Part shown: in pieces, positions 1 through 6,675 of the stretch
How positions within the stretch are numbered: position 1 is the first letter of the stretch
Layout of the letters: each line of letters begins with the position of its first letter
IMG/VR virus record: IMGVR_UViG_3300042892_003674
Direction: 5' to 3' (one strand)
DNA: 64,000 nucleotides
Origin: a virus
Taxonomy: Duplodnaviria > Heunggongvirae > Uroviricota > Caudoviricetes
Program-made: the position numbers and the translations under genes
The notes under the pieces: generated by a model
Seen by the model: only the letters and a program-made list of their open reading frames with translations
The model's database searches: none
What the model was told of the DNA's origin: nothing

Positions 1-144
1 TATGTACCTAACTTAATAGTAAAAGATGGTGGTTATGTAAAGGGAACAAGTGGAGATGGTCAATTAATATTTAATGGTAGTAATGAAGCTTATATATCAT
101 CAGGTACAAATATTATTGGTATACTAGGTGCAAATAGTGCAGTT

Positions 145-3100
145 ATGGCTGCTTATAATGGTATTTTTATTACAGATAATACAGATACTATTACTACAAC
201 ATCAACAAGTGCAAATGCTATTATATTATCTTCAAATACGGTAGTGAATGATAGTTTAACTAATACCGTTGTTATTGGCGGACAGTTTTTAACGGTAGAT
301 AGTTCTGATACCGTTTATCTAGGTGGTACAGTAGATATAAATAATCAATATAAATTACCTTTATCAGATGGTATATCAGGACAAGTTATAAAAACAGATG
401 GTGCTGGAAATCTTAGTTGGTCTTCCGGAGTTGGAACACCAGTTATTACAGTAACTGCTGCCGCATTTACAGCACTTTCATCATTTTCATCATCTAGTAC
501 TTATAGAATAACAGGTGTTGATATAGATTTATATGGAGGAACAGAAATATACCTAACTACAAACTCACAAGGAGTATTAAATGAGGTTGGAGAAGGTAAA
601 TTCTATAATCCTAGGTATGATCAAACAGTTCATGGATATAAAATATGGGAGGGTACTTCATCATCTTATGCAACGGGTTCCACTGTTTATTGGGGTGGTA
701 GGGCATGGTCTAATAATAGTGGAACTAATACTTCACCTGCATTGACTATATTCTTCTTAAATCCAACAGAATGGACAGTTATTCCTTATACAAATGGTCT
801 TTATTATGATATTAGTTATGATAAAATTATGTATGATAGAGTTACTGATAAAATCATTTATAGAAATGAAAAAGGTACAAATATAGTAAGTACTAATAGT
901 GAGAATATTAGATATTGGGTAGATGATATTGGATTATATAATCCGATAAAAGTATTTCAATGGGGTAATTTATATAATCCACTTAATGCTAAGGGAATTG
1001 CTAGTCAAAATATAGTAAATTCTTATAATGAAAATATCAATTTTAGAGGTGTTTTACAAACCAATATAACAATGAATAACCTATCATCTCAATTTAATAT
1101 GAATACTGGTACAAGTTCAGTACAAGATAATTTAATATTGAATAATTATTCTTATGATAGACAATCAACATTATTAGGAACTGAGTATAATATGTCTTTT
1201 CAAAGTGGTGATACTATTACTATTGATGGTAATTTAGTGGTTCAAGGTACAACAACAACAATAAATAGTGAGAATTTGATAGTTAAAGATCCTATTATAG
1301 TATTAGCTGCAAGTCAATCAGGAACACCAACACTAGATTCAGGTTTATTTGTAGATAGAGGTATTGGTGCAACTCAAGCTTTTATTTGGGATGAGTCAAT
1401 GGATGAGTTCAAGTTTATTTCAACAACAAGTGGTGCAACAGTATCAGGTAATGTTAGTATAACAGATTATTCTAATGTGAGAACAGGAGTTTTAAAAGTT
1501 GGTACTGGTGATTTTGATTCGAATGATAGATTTGTAGTTTCTTCATATGGTGGAACAGTTTCTTTAATAGTTGATGAGTCTGGTAGTGTTTATAATAGAG
1601 GTAGAGCTGGAATTGTAACTAATACAGTATTTGGTTTAAGTGCATTAAGTTCTAATACAAGTGGCTATCAAAATACGGCAATTGGTGCAAGTGCATTACT
1701 TTCAAATACACTAGGATTTGAAAATACTTCAGTTGGTGCAAGTACATTACTTCTAAACACAACAGGTAGTAGAAATACTGCAGTTGGTGATTCGTCATTA
1801 AGATCAAATACAACTGGATTTTCCAATACAGCAATTGGTGTCGATTCATTATATTCTAATACAACAGGAGTTTCCAATACAGCACTTGGTGTATATTCAT
1901 TAGTTAATAACAAAACAGGAGGTTCTAATACAGCACTTGGATCAGATTCATTACGTTTTAATACAGGAGGTTCTTTTAACACGGCAGTTGGTTATAATTC
2001 ATTATATAATAATACAACTGGTGTTACTTTAGATGAATTTTCTTTTTCACCAGGTGCTGGATATATTGATGGATATTATAGTGGTGTTACATTGATATAC
2101 TCAACTGGTAGTAATAATTTTATGAATTCTCCAATAGTTAGTATAGAAATATTTAGTGGTGAAATAGTATCTGTTTCTACAGAATATATAGGTAGTGGAT
2201 TTTCTGATACTACAACAGTTTTTACAATTAATTCATATGGTATATATGCAACAGGTTCTGGGTTTGAGATAGGTATACTATCATTGTTAAGTGGTCTTAA
2301 TAATACTGCAGTTGGTTATACTTCATTATATTCAAATACAACGGGCTTAGCCAATGTGGCAGTTGGTTATAATTCATTATATTCAAATATATCTGGTAGT
2401 TTTAATAGTACACTTGGTTCAGGTGCATTATTTTCTAATACATTTGGTTCTAATAATACTGCACTTGGTAATTCATCATTATATTCAAATACAACTGGTT
2501 TTTCCAATACTGCACTTGGTGTCGTTGCATTACGTTTTAATACATCTGGTTCTTATAATACTGCACTCGGTTATCAATCATTATATTCAAATACAGGTGG
2601 TTTTTCCAATAATGCAATAGGTAATAGTGCATTATATTCAAATACAACTGGTATTTCCAATAATGCAATAGGTAATAGTGCATTATATTCAAATACAACT
2701 GGTTCTAGAAATATCGCATTTGGTGAAAGTTCATTACGTTCTAATACAACTGGTTCTTGGAATATTGCACTTGGTATGCAATCATTATATAATAATACAA
2801 CAGGTTATGAAAATACCGCACTTGGTTTTAATTCATTATTTTCAAATACAACTGGATGGGGTAATATTGCACTTGGTGTTGCATCATTATATTCAAATAC
2901 AACTGGAGATAGAAATACTGCACTTGGATATGTAGCAATGAGATATTATAGGGGATCATGGAGTGTTGGACTTGGAGGTTCCGCATTGTCAGTTGCCTCA
3001 ACTGGAATAAAAACACTATCTGCTACATTCTCATCAGGTACTGGTTATATACCGGGTACATACTCAAATGTTAGATTAGTATGGTCTGGTGATGGTACTT

Positions 3101-4068
3101 TTTGGCCAGCACCTAGTAATTCAACAAATGATTATCCTACTGCAGAAATAGTTGTTGGTGTAGGTGGTACAGTTAGTTCAGTAACATTAAAAAATAGAGG
3201 TGTTTTAATTCCAGATACTACAACTAGATTCACTGTACAAACAGGTACTCAGAGTTATCAATTAGGAACTGCATCAGGTAGTGGATTTTCAATAGGTATT
3301 GGTACTATTGCTACTGCAGATATGAATACTGCACTTGGATATGGGGCAATGTACAGACTTGGTGTAGGCTCTGATAATATTGGAATAGGTATGTGGGCAG
3401 GTACTTCATATGGAATGCCTGGAGGTTTCAACAATAATGCCTTAACAGGATCAGATCAATCTATATTCATAGGTAGATTTACATCTGCACTTAATAATGA
3501 TAGTGTGAATGAAATTGTTATTGGAAATGAAGCAGTGGGTAATGGTAATAATACAGTTACTTTAGGTAATGATAGTGTAACTAAAACAATTCTTAAAGGA
3601 AATGTAGCAGTAGGATTTACCGGTTCAGTTTCTCCAAATTGTGATTTAGAAATAAAAGGTAATCAAACATTTACTGTTCCTGATACTAATAGTAGAACCG
3701 CTGGTGATGTTGTTTATTTTGGTTCTGGTACAGGTTTAACACCAGGAGTAATATATTATTATAATGGAACAGCTTGGCAATTGGCAGATGCTTCAGTAGA
3801 AGCAAGTTCATCTGGATTATTAGCAATCGCTTTAGGAACAAATGTTTCTGATGGTATGTTATTAAGAGGATTTTCTAAATTTAGTGATGCTATATATACT
3901 GCAATGACCGCAGGTTCTGTACAATTTTTATCAGTAACAAGTGGTCAATTTGGAGAATCACAACCGGTTTCAAGTGGTGAGGTTGTTAGAGTAATTGGTT
4001 ATTGTGTTGATGATACAAATAACGTATTATATTTCTGTCCTGATACTACTTGGATAGAATTACTATAA
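145..4068 (+). CDS. Giant tail-fibre/adhesin-like structural protein with tandem 17-aa NTAxG repeats. The reading frame is open from position 1, so the gene may start before the window.
   Basis: 1307-aa ORF with no in-frame stop between nt 1 and 144. Residues ~495-935 are ~25 degenerate repeats of the form SL(Y/R)SNTTGxxNTA(L/I)Gxx, resembling YadA-head/Hep_Hag-type adhesin repeats. It is Gly/Thr/Asn-rich with no clear enzymatic motifs. Confidence 0.85.
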   Translation: MAAYNGIFITDNTDTITTTSTSANAIILSSNTVVNDSLTNTVVIGGQFLTVDSSDTVYLGGTVDINNQYKLPLSDGISGQVIKTDGAGNLSWSSGVGTPVITVTAAAFTALSSFSSSSTYRITGVDIDLYGGTEIYLTTNSQGVLNEVGEGKFYNPRYDQTVHGYKIWEGTSSSYATGSTVYWGGRAWSNNSGTNTSPALTIFFLNPTEWTVIPYTNGLYYDISYDKIMYDRVTDKIIYRNEKGTNIVSTNSENIRYWVDDIGLYNPIKVFQWGNLYNPLNAKGIASQNIVNSYNENINFRGVLQTNITMNNLSSQFNMNTGTSSVQDNLILNNYSYDRQSTLLGTEYNMSFQSGDTITIDGNLVVQGTTTTINSENLIVKDPIIVLAASQSGTPTLDSGLFVDRGIGATQAFIWDESMDEFKFISTTSGATVSGNVSITDYSNVRTGVLKVGTGDFDSNDRFVVSSYGGTVSLIVDESGSVYNRGRAGIVTNTVFGLSALSSNTSGYQNTAIGASALLSNTLGFENTSVGASTLLLNTTGSRNTAVGDSSLRSNTTGFSNTAIGVDSLYSNTTGVSNTALGVYSLVNNKTGGSNTALGSDSLRFNTGGSFNTAVGYNSLYNNTTGVTLDEFSFSPGAGYIDGYYSGVTLIYSTGSNNFMNSPIVSIEIFSGEIVSVSTEYIGSGFSDTTTVFTINSYGIYATGSGFEIGILSLLSGLNNTAVGYTSLYSNTTGLANVAVGYNSLYSNISGSFNSTLGSGALFSNTFGSNNTALGNSSLYSNTTGFSNTALGVVALRFNTSGSYNTALGYQSLYSNTGGFSNNAIGNSALYSNTTGISNNAIGNSALYSNTTGSRNIAFGESSLRSNTTGSWNIALGMQSLYNNTTGYENTALGFNSLFSNTTGWGNIALGVASLYSNTTGDRNTALGYVAMRYYRGSWSVGLGGSALSVASTGIKTLSATFSSGTGYIPGTYSNVRLVWSGDGTFWPAPSNSTNDYPTAEIVVGVGGTVSSVTLKNRGVLIPDTTTRFTVQTGTQSYQLGTASGSGFSIGIGTIATADMNTALGYGAMYRLGVGSDNIGIGMWAGTSYGMPGGFNNNALTGSDQSIFIGRFTSALNNDSVNEIVIGNEAVGNGNNTVTLGNDSVTKTILKGNVAVGFTGSVSPNCDLEIKGNQTFTVPDTNSRTAGDVVYFGSGTGLTPGVIYYYNGTAWQLADASVEASSSGLLAIALGTNVSDGMLLRGFSKFSDAIYTAMTAGSVQFLSVTSGQFGESQPVSSGEVVRVIGYCVDDTNNVLYFCPDTTWIELL
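1627..2950 (+). repeat. Tandem ~51-nt (17-codon) repeat array inside the first CDS, interrupted at ~2040-2290.
   Basis: Recurring nucleotide blocks such as ttatattcaaatacaactgg...aatactgcacttggt. The array causes spurious antisense ORFs at 1652..1982 and 2354..3016. Confidence 0.8.
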
Positions 4069-4070
4069 CA

Positions 4071-4106
4071 GAAAAGACTTTGAGAAATCAAAGTCTTTTC
4101 TTTATT
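4071..4106. terminator. Bidirectional intrinsic terminator between convergent genes.
   Basis: Stem aaaagacttt / aaagtctttt with loop gagaaatc, flanked by an A-run and a T-run. Confidence 0.6.
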
Positions 4107-4897
4107 ATATAATCATATACTGTTTCAATTACCAGCTCATTCTCTTTAGTTTTTTTACTATCTGATAAAAAGTGTGTATATCCTAATATACTTGCTGCAT
4201 CATCAATATTATTTATTGATGAGAAATCAGTAATCAACTTAACATTGTAGTTAAAATAATTACATAAATTAGTAATATAAAATTGTTCAAAAATTAAAGA
4301 TGTTATCTCATATTCCATATTGTAATTATCAATATATTCAATGTATTTTAATGCTTCACTCCACCAAATATCTAATATATCTAATCTATTAAATCCAATT
4401 ATACCACAATTATAAGACTCTTTAAAATTCCAATTTATATATTTTGAATCAAGTCTAAAGTTATTTATAAGATTAATGTAGGGACGTATATGACCTAATC
4501 CTACATCTTTCATAATTTCACTTTGCTGAAAACAAGCATCACTGTTTAGTAAATCTATTGGTGGTTTCTTTGACCAAATTACGTCATTATCTATATGAAT
4601 AAATGGTTCCTTCTGTATCTTACAGGCATATATTTTACCAATGGCCCAATGTTTAGAATCAATATTACTAAGAGCAGTTTCTAATTCAATAGATACTGAT
4701 GTAAATGGTAGTTTATACTTATCAATTAAAAGCTCTTTTCCCTTAATATCTGTTACCAATTCAACCTTAGAAAAATAATTTTTACTCATTTCTAATGAAA
4801 TTGATAAACATTTTATGAATATTTCCTCTCTATTAAATCCAAGTAAAAAGTCATCCATTGGTTTTGTCCAAAGTGAATATATTGCCTTATCTATCAT
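4088..4897 (-). CDS. Hypothetical protein.
   Basis: 269-aa ORF whose TAA lies inside the terminator hairpin. Contains a HIDNDV (DxD-like) motif, but no firm family assignment is possible. Confidence 0.7.
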   Translation of the reverse strand: MIDKAIYSLWTKPMDDFLLGFNREEIFIKCLSISLEMSKNYFSKVELVTDIKGKELLIDKYKLPFTSVSIELETALSNIDSKHWAIGKIYACKIQKEPFIHIDNDVIWSKKPPIDLLNSDACFQQSEIMKDVGLGHIRPYINLINNFRLDSKYINWNFKESYNCGIIGFNRLDILDIWWSEALKYIEYIDNYNMEYEITSLIFEQFYITNLCNYFNYNVKLITDFSSINNIDDAASILGYTHFLSDSKKTKENELVIETVYDYIIKKRL

Positions 4898-4928
4898 TTA
4901 ATTTATATTAAATAACTTAAATAAGTTG

Positions 4929-5014
4929 AAGAGAGCAAGGGAATCGAACCCTACCCAGTTTCCCGGGCGTCTCGCTTAGCAGGCGGACCCTATCACCATC
5001 AAGGTTTACTCTCC
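4929..5014 (-). tRNA. tRNA-Ser(GCU), class II with a long variable arm. The anticodon stem has one mismatch.
   Basis: Acceptor GGAGAGU/GCUCUCU, T-arm GGGTTCGATTCCC, variable stem CCCGG-GAAA-CTGGG, anticodon loop CTGCTAA, length 86 nt. Confidence 0.6.
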
Positions 5015-5020
5015 ATATTG

Positions 5021-5106
5021 CAGTGAACAAGGGAATCGAACCCTATGCGATTCAACGCACGTGCTGCTTTCCAGGCAGACCCAATCACCATCAAGGTTTA
5101 CTCACT
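5021..5106 (-). tRNA. tRNA-Ser(GGA), class II.
   Basis: Anticodon stem CTGC/GCAG with loop CTGGAAA, T-arm GGGTTCGATTCCC, D-arm identical to the previous tRNA, 86 nt. Confidence 0.7.
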
Positions 5107-5112
5107 ATGTTG

Positions 5113-5199
5113 CGGAGAAAACAGGGCTCGAACCTGCACACCAGTTTCCCGATACCGGTTTTCAAGACCGGGGCGATACCAATTACGCTTTACTTCTCC
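5113..5199 (-). tRNA. tRNA-Ser(UGA), class II.
   Basis: Acceptor GGAGAAG/TTTCTCC, anticodon stem CCGGT/ACCGG with loop CTTGAAA, T-arm CAGGTTCGAGCCCTG, 87 nt. Confidence 0.75.
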
Positions 5200-5210
5200 A
5201 AGTAATTTAG

Positions 5211-5294
5211 AAGAGAGTGTGGGACTCGAACCCACAAAGGTACTACCCTTTACTAGTTTTCAAAACTAGGCCTTCATCCAGCCAGTTACTCTCC
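5211..5294 (-). tRNA. tRNA-Ser(UGA), second copy, class II.
   Basis: Acceptor GGAGAGT/ACTCTCT, anticodon stem CTAGT/ACTAG with loop TTTGAAA, variable stem AAAGG-GTAGTA-CCTTT, T-arm TGGGTTCGAGTCCCA, 84 nt. Confidence 0.75.
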
Positions 5295-5303
5295 ATATAT
5301 TTG

Positions 5304-5375
5304 TGATTCCAGAGGGAATCGAACCCCCACCTGATCGTTCGTAGCGACCTATCCTATCCGTTAAACGATGGAACC
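5304..5375 (-). tRNA. tRNA-Arg(ACG).
   Basis: Acceptor GGTTCCA/TGGAATC, anticodon stem GGTCG/CGATC with loop CTACGAA, T-arm GGGGGTTCGATTCCCTC, 72 nt. Confidence 0.8.
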
Positions 5376-5379
5376 AATT

Positions 5380-5416
5380 AAAAACAAAAAACCCACAAAC
5401 TTTGAGGTTTGTGGGT
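5380..5416 (-). terminator. Intrinsic terminator, candidate attenuator hairpin, directly upstream of tRNA-Arg.
   Basis: On the minus strand: ACCCACAAAC-CUCAAAG-UUUGUGGGU followed by UUUUUUGUUUUU. It sits 19 nt after the stop of leader ORF A and ends 2-3 nt before the 5' end of the tRNA. Confidence 0.6.
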
Positions 5417-5436
5417 ATACTAATTTTTTATATCAA

Positions 5437-5514
5437 TTATGAATACAACAGAACCTCCCTCAAATTACTTGAGCGACTAGACGAACTTGACGATGTTGTG
5501 ATAATTGTTTTCAT
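5437..5514 (-). CDS. Candidate Ser-rich leader peptide A, 25 aa: MKTIITTSSSSSSRSSNLREVLLYS.
   Basis: ATG lies 6 nt after the TTTTAATATATAAATAAT motif. Nine Ser codons (TCG, TCA, AGT, TCT) plus CGC, matching the anticodons of the five tRNAs immediately downstream: Ser GCU/GGA/UGA x2 and Arg ACG. The ORF is below the 60-aa cutoff of the ORF track. Confidence 0.45.
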   Translation of the reverse strand: MKTIITTSSSSSSRSSNLREVLLYS

Positions 5515-5535
5515 ATTATTTATATATTAAAATTT
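5515..5535 (-). promoter_or_regulatory. Conserved TTTTAATATATA upstream motif, candidate phage promoter for leader A and tRNA block 1.
   Basis: Minus strand reads GAATAAAATTTTAATATATAAATAATATG. The same motif recurs upstream of more than 12 start codons in this window. Confidence 0.45.
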
Positions 5536-5558
5536 TATTCTTTGTTTTTATTTATTTG

Positions 5559-5689
5559 ATAGAAAGGTGGGACTCGAACCCACAACCACGGCTTTAACAG
5601 AGCGAAGTAACTTATTTCATTGCTACTAATTTCTTAGAGAAAGACTGACTAAGTATGATTACGTGCTCTACCAATTGAGCTACTTTCTA
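5559..5689 (-). tRNA. tRNA-like gene with a ~57-nt structured insertion between the D-arm and the anticodon stem. It may be an intron-containing tRNA-Asn(GUU) or a tRNA pseudogene.
   Basis: Perfect acceptor UAGAAAG/CUUUCUA, canonical D-arm GCTC-AATTGGTA-GAGC, T-arm GTGGGTTCGAGTCCCAC, anticodon-like loop CTGTTAA (GUU) with a 4/5-bp stem. Total length is 131 nt against an expected ~75. The inserted segment can fold as GUAA...UUAC enclosing CTTAG...CTAAG. Confidence 0.45.
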
Positions 5690-5693
5690 TTTG

Positions 5694-5764
5694 CACGTCG
5701 ACTAGGACTCGAACCTAGAACATTGGTTTTGGAGACCAAGATGATGCCATTTCACTATCGACGT
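5694..5764 (-). tRNA. tRNA-Trp(CCA).
   Basis: Acceptor ACGTCGA/TCGACGT, D-arm GTGA-AATGGCA-TCAT, anticodon stem TTGGT/ACCAA with loop CTCCAAA, T-arm CTAGGTTCGAGTCCTAG, 71 nt. Confidence 0.8.
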
Positions 5765-5771
5765 GTTTTGG

Positions 5772-5844
5772 GTTGACAGACGGGACTTGAACCCGCAATC
5801 CCTTGGTTCACAACCAAGTGCTTTAACCATTAAGCTACCATCAA
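5772..5844 (-). tRNA. tRNA-His(GUG), with no encoded G-1.
   Basis: D-arm GCTT-AATGGTTA-AAGC, anticodon stem CTTGG/CCAAG with loop TTGTGAA, T-arm GCGGGTTCAAGTCCCGT, 73 nt. Confidence 0.7.
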
Positions 5845-5846
5845 AG

Positions 5847-5921
5847 TGACCCCGGTGGGGATCGAACCCACGACCCCTCGATTAAAAGTCGAGTGCTCTA
5901 AACCAGCTGAGCTACGAAGTC
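5847..5921 (-). tRNA. tRNA-Lys(UUU).
   Basis: D-arm GCTC-AGCTGGTTTA-GAGC, anticodon stem CTCGA/TCGAG with loop CTTTTAA, T-arm GTGGGTTCGATCCCCAC, 75 nt. Confidence 0.85.
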
Positions 5922-5930
5922 ATTATTTTG

Positions 5931-6002
5931 TGCGGACTGACGGAATCGAACCGACCTCTTAGGGACTTCACTCCTACGCTAAACCGTCTCAGCTAAATCC
6001 GC
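5931..6002 (-). tRNA. tRNA, probably Phe(GAA). The structure is irregular: A-C at positions 31-39, G32/G37, and a U-U in the T-stem.
   Basis: Acceptor GCGGATT/AGTCCGC, anticodon arm TAGG-A-GTGAAGT-C-CCTA, T-arm GTCGGTTCGATTCCGTC, 72 nt. Confidence 0.5.
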
Positions 6003-6008
6003 AATTTG

Positions 6009-6081
6009 GGTGAAAGACGGGGATCGAACCCGCGACAACTTGAACCACAATCAAGCACTCTACCACTGAGCTACAATCACC
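6009..6081 (-). tRNA. tRNA-His(GUG) with an encoded G-1 pairing C73.
   Basis: Extra 5' G before acceptor GTGATTG/CTTTCAC (two U-U pairs), D-arm GCTC-AGTGGTA-GAGT, anticodon stem CTTGA/TCAAG with loop TTGTGGT, T-arm GCGGGTTCGATCCCCGT. Confidence 0.7.
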
Positions 6082-6088
6082 ATGTTTG

Positions 6089-6161
6089 TGGACCCTCAGG
6101 GAATCGAGCCCTGTCCTTTGGATTTTCAGTCCAACGTACGCACCAGCTATACGAAAGGTCC
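6089..6161 (-). tRNA. tRNA-Phe(GAA).
   Basis: Acceptor GGACCTT/AGGGTCC, anticodon stem TTGGA/TCCAA with loop CTGAAAA, T-arm CAGGGCTCGATTCCCTG, 73 nt. Confidence 0.75.
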
Positions 6162-6171
6162 ATTATATTTG

Positions 6172-6245
6172 CACAAGCCAAGGGAGTCGAACCCTTTCCA
6201 TCCGAGGTTTTGGAGACCTGGTGCATACCATTATGCTGACCTGTA
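6172..6245 (-). tRNA. tRNA with a CCA anticodon (Trp-like, second copy). The D-arm and the 26-27 junction are irregular.
   Basis: Acceptor ACAGGTC/GGCTTGT, D-stem GCAT/ATGC, anticodon stem (C)AGGT/ACCT(C) with loop CTCCAAA, T-arm AAGGGTTCGACTCCCTT. Confidence 0.5.
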
Positions 6246-6250
6246 TTTTG

Positions 6251-6323
6251 TGATCCCGGTGGGACTCGAACCCACAACCTTCTGATTAAAAGTCAGAAGC
6301 TCCACCAATTGAGCTACGAAATC
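6251..6323 (-). tRNA. tRNA-Lys(UUU), second copy.
   Basis: Acceptor GATTTCG/CGGGATC, D-arm GCTC-AATTGGTG-GAGC, anticodon stem TCTGA/TCAGA with loop CTTTTAA, T-arm GTGGGTTCGAGTCCCAC, 73 nt. Confidence 0.85.
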
Positions 6324-6329
6324 ATTTTG

Positions 6330-6402
6330 TTCCCCCGCCGGGAGTCGAACCCGGCCCCATAAGTTAAAAGCCTATTGCCTACCGCCAGTTTGCTACGAGG
6401 GA
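6330..6402 (-). tRNA. tRNA with a UUU-type anticodon loop (third Lys-like). The D-arm is poor.
   Basis: Acceptor TCCCTCG/CGGGGGA, anticodon stem ATAGG/CTTAT with loop CTTTTAA, T-arm CCGGGTTCGACTCCCGG, 73 nt. Confidence 0.55.
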
Positions 6403-6404
6403 TT

Positions 6405-6445
6405 ATAAAATAAAAAAACCCAAACTTAATTTTAAGTTCGGGTTT
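6405..6445 (-). terminator. Intrinsic terminator, candidate attenuator hairpin, immediately upstream of tRNA block 2.
   Basis: On the minus strand: CCCGAACUU-AAAAUU-AAGUUUGGG, perfect only as RNA thanks to a G-U pair, followed by UUUUUUUAUUUUAU that ends 3 nt before the 5' end of the tRNA at 6402. Confidence 0.6.
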
Positions 6446-6474
6446 ACGTTTATGCTTTATTCTCTTTTATGACA

Positions 6475-6585
6475 TTATCCTACAATAACATCTTCTTTTG
6501 AGAACGACATACTCATACATCCGAACTTGTGGCTAAACCACTTGAACGACTTACTAAAGCTTGTATGTTTGAAATTTGTTCTCAT
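6475..6585 (-). CDS. Candidate F/K/H/W-rich leader peptide B, 36 aa: MRTNFKHTSFSKSFKWFSHKFGCMSMSFSKEDVIVG.
   Basis: ATG lies 6 nt after TTTTAATATATATAAC. Composition is 6 Phe, 5 Lys, 2 His, 1 Trp and 7 Ser in 36 codons, matching the Lys/Phe/His/Trp tRNAs downstream. Codons AAG-UUC-GG are complementary to the 5' arm of the terminator. Confidence 0.5.
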   Translation of the reverse strand: MRTNFKHTSFSKSFKWFSHKFGCMSMSFSKEDVIVG

Positions 6586-6606
6586 TGTTATATATATTAA
6601 AAGTTT
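6586..6606 (-). promoter_or_regulatory. Conserved TTTTAATATATA upstream motif, candidate promoter for leader B and tRNA block 2.
   Basis: Minus strand reads AATAAACTTTTAATATATATAACAATG. Paralogous to the 5515..5535 copy. Confidence 0.45.
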
Positions 6607-6675
6607 ATTCTCTCTTTTTGTTTTTTTGTTATTTTTATAGTACAAAAGTAATAAAAGTTTACTTATCTACCTAAT

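Noticed and set aside
1652-3016. Antisense and alternative-frame ORFs (1652..1849, 1668..1982, 2354..2620, 2678..2935, 2828..3016) inside the first giant CDS.
   Set aside because: They are artefacts of the 51-nt tandem repeat. Their products are low-complexity (LVIIHYIQIQ...), with no independent start context.
5023-6285. ORF-track ORFs 5023..5269 and 6006..6285 inside the tRNA array.
   Set aside because: They overlap well-formed tRNA genes on the opposite strand, and their translations are meaningless.
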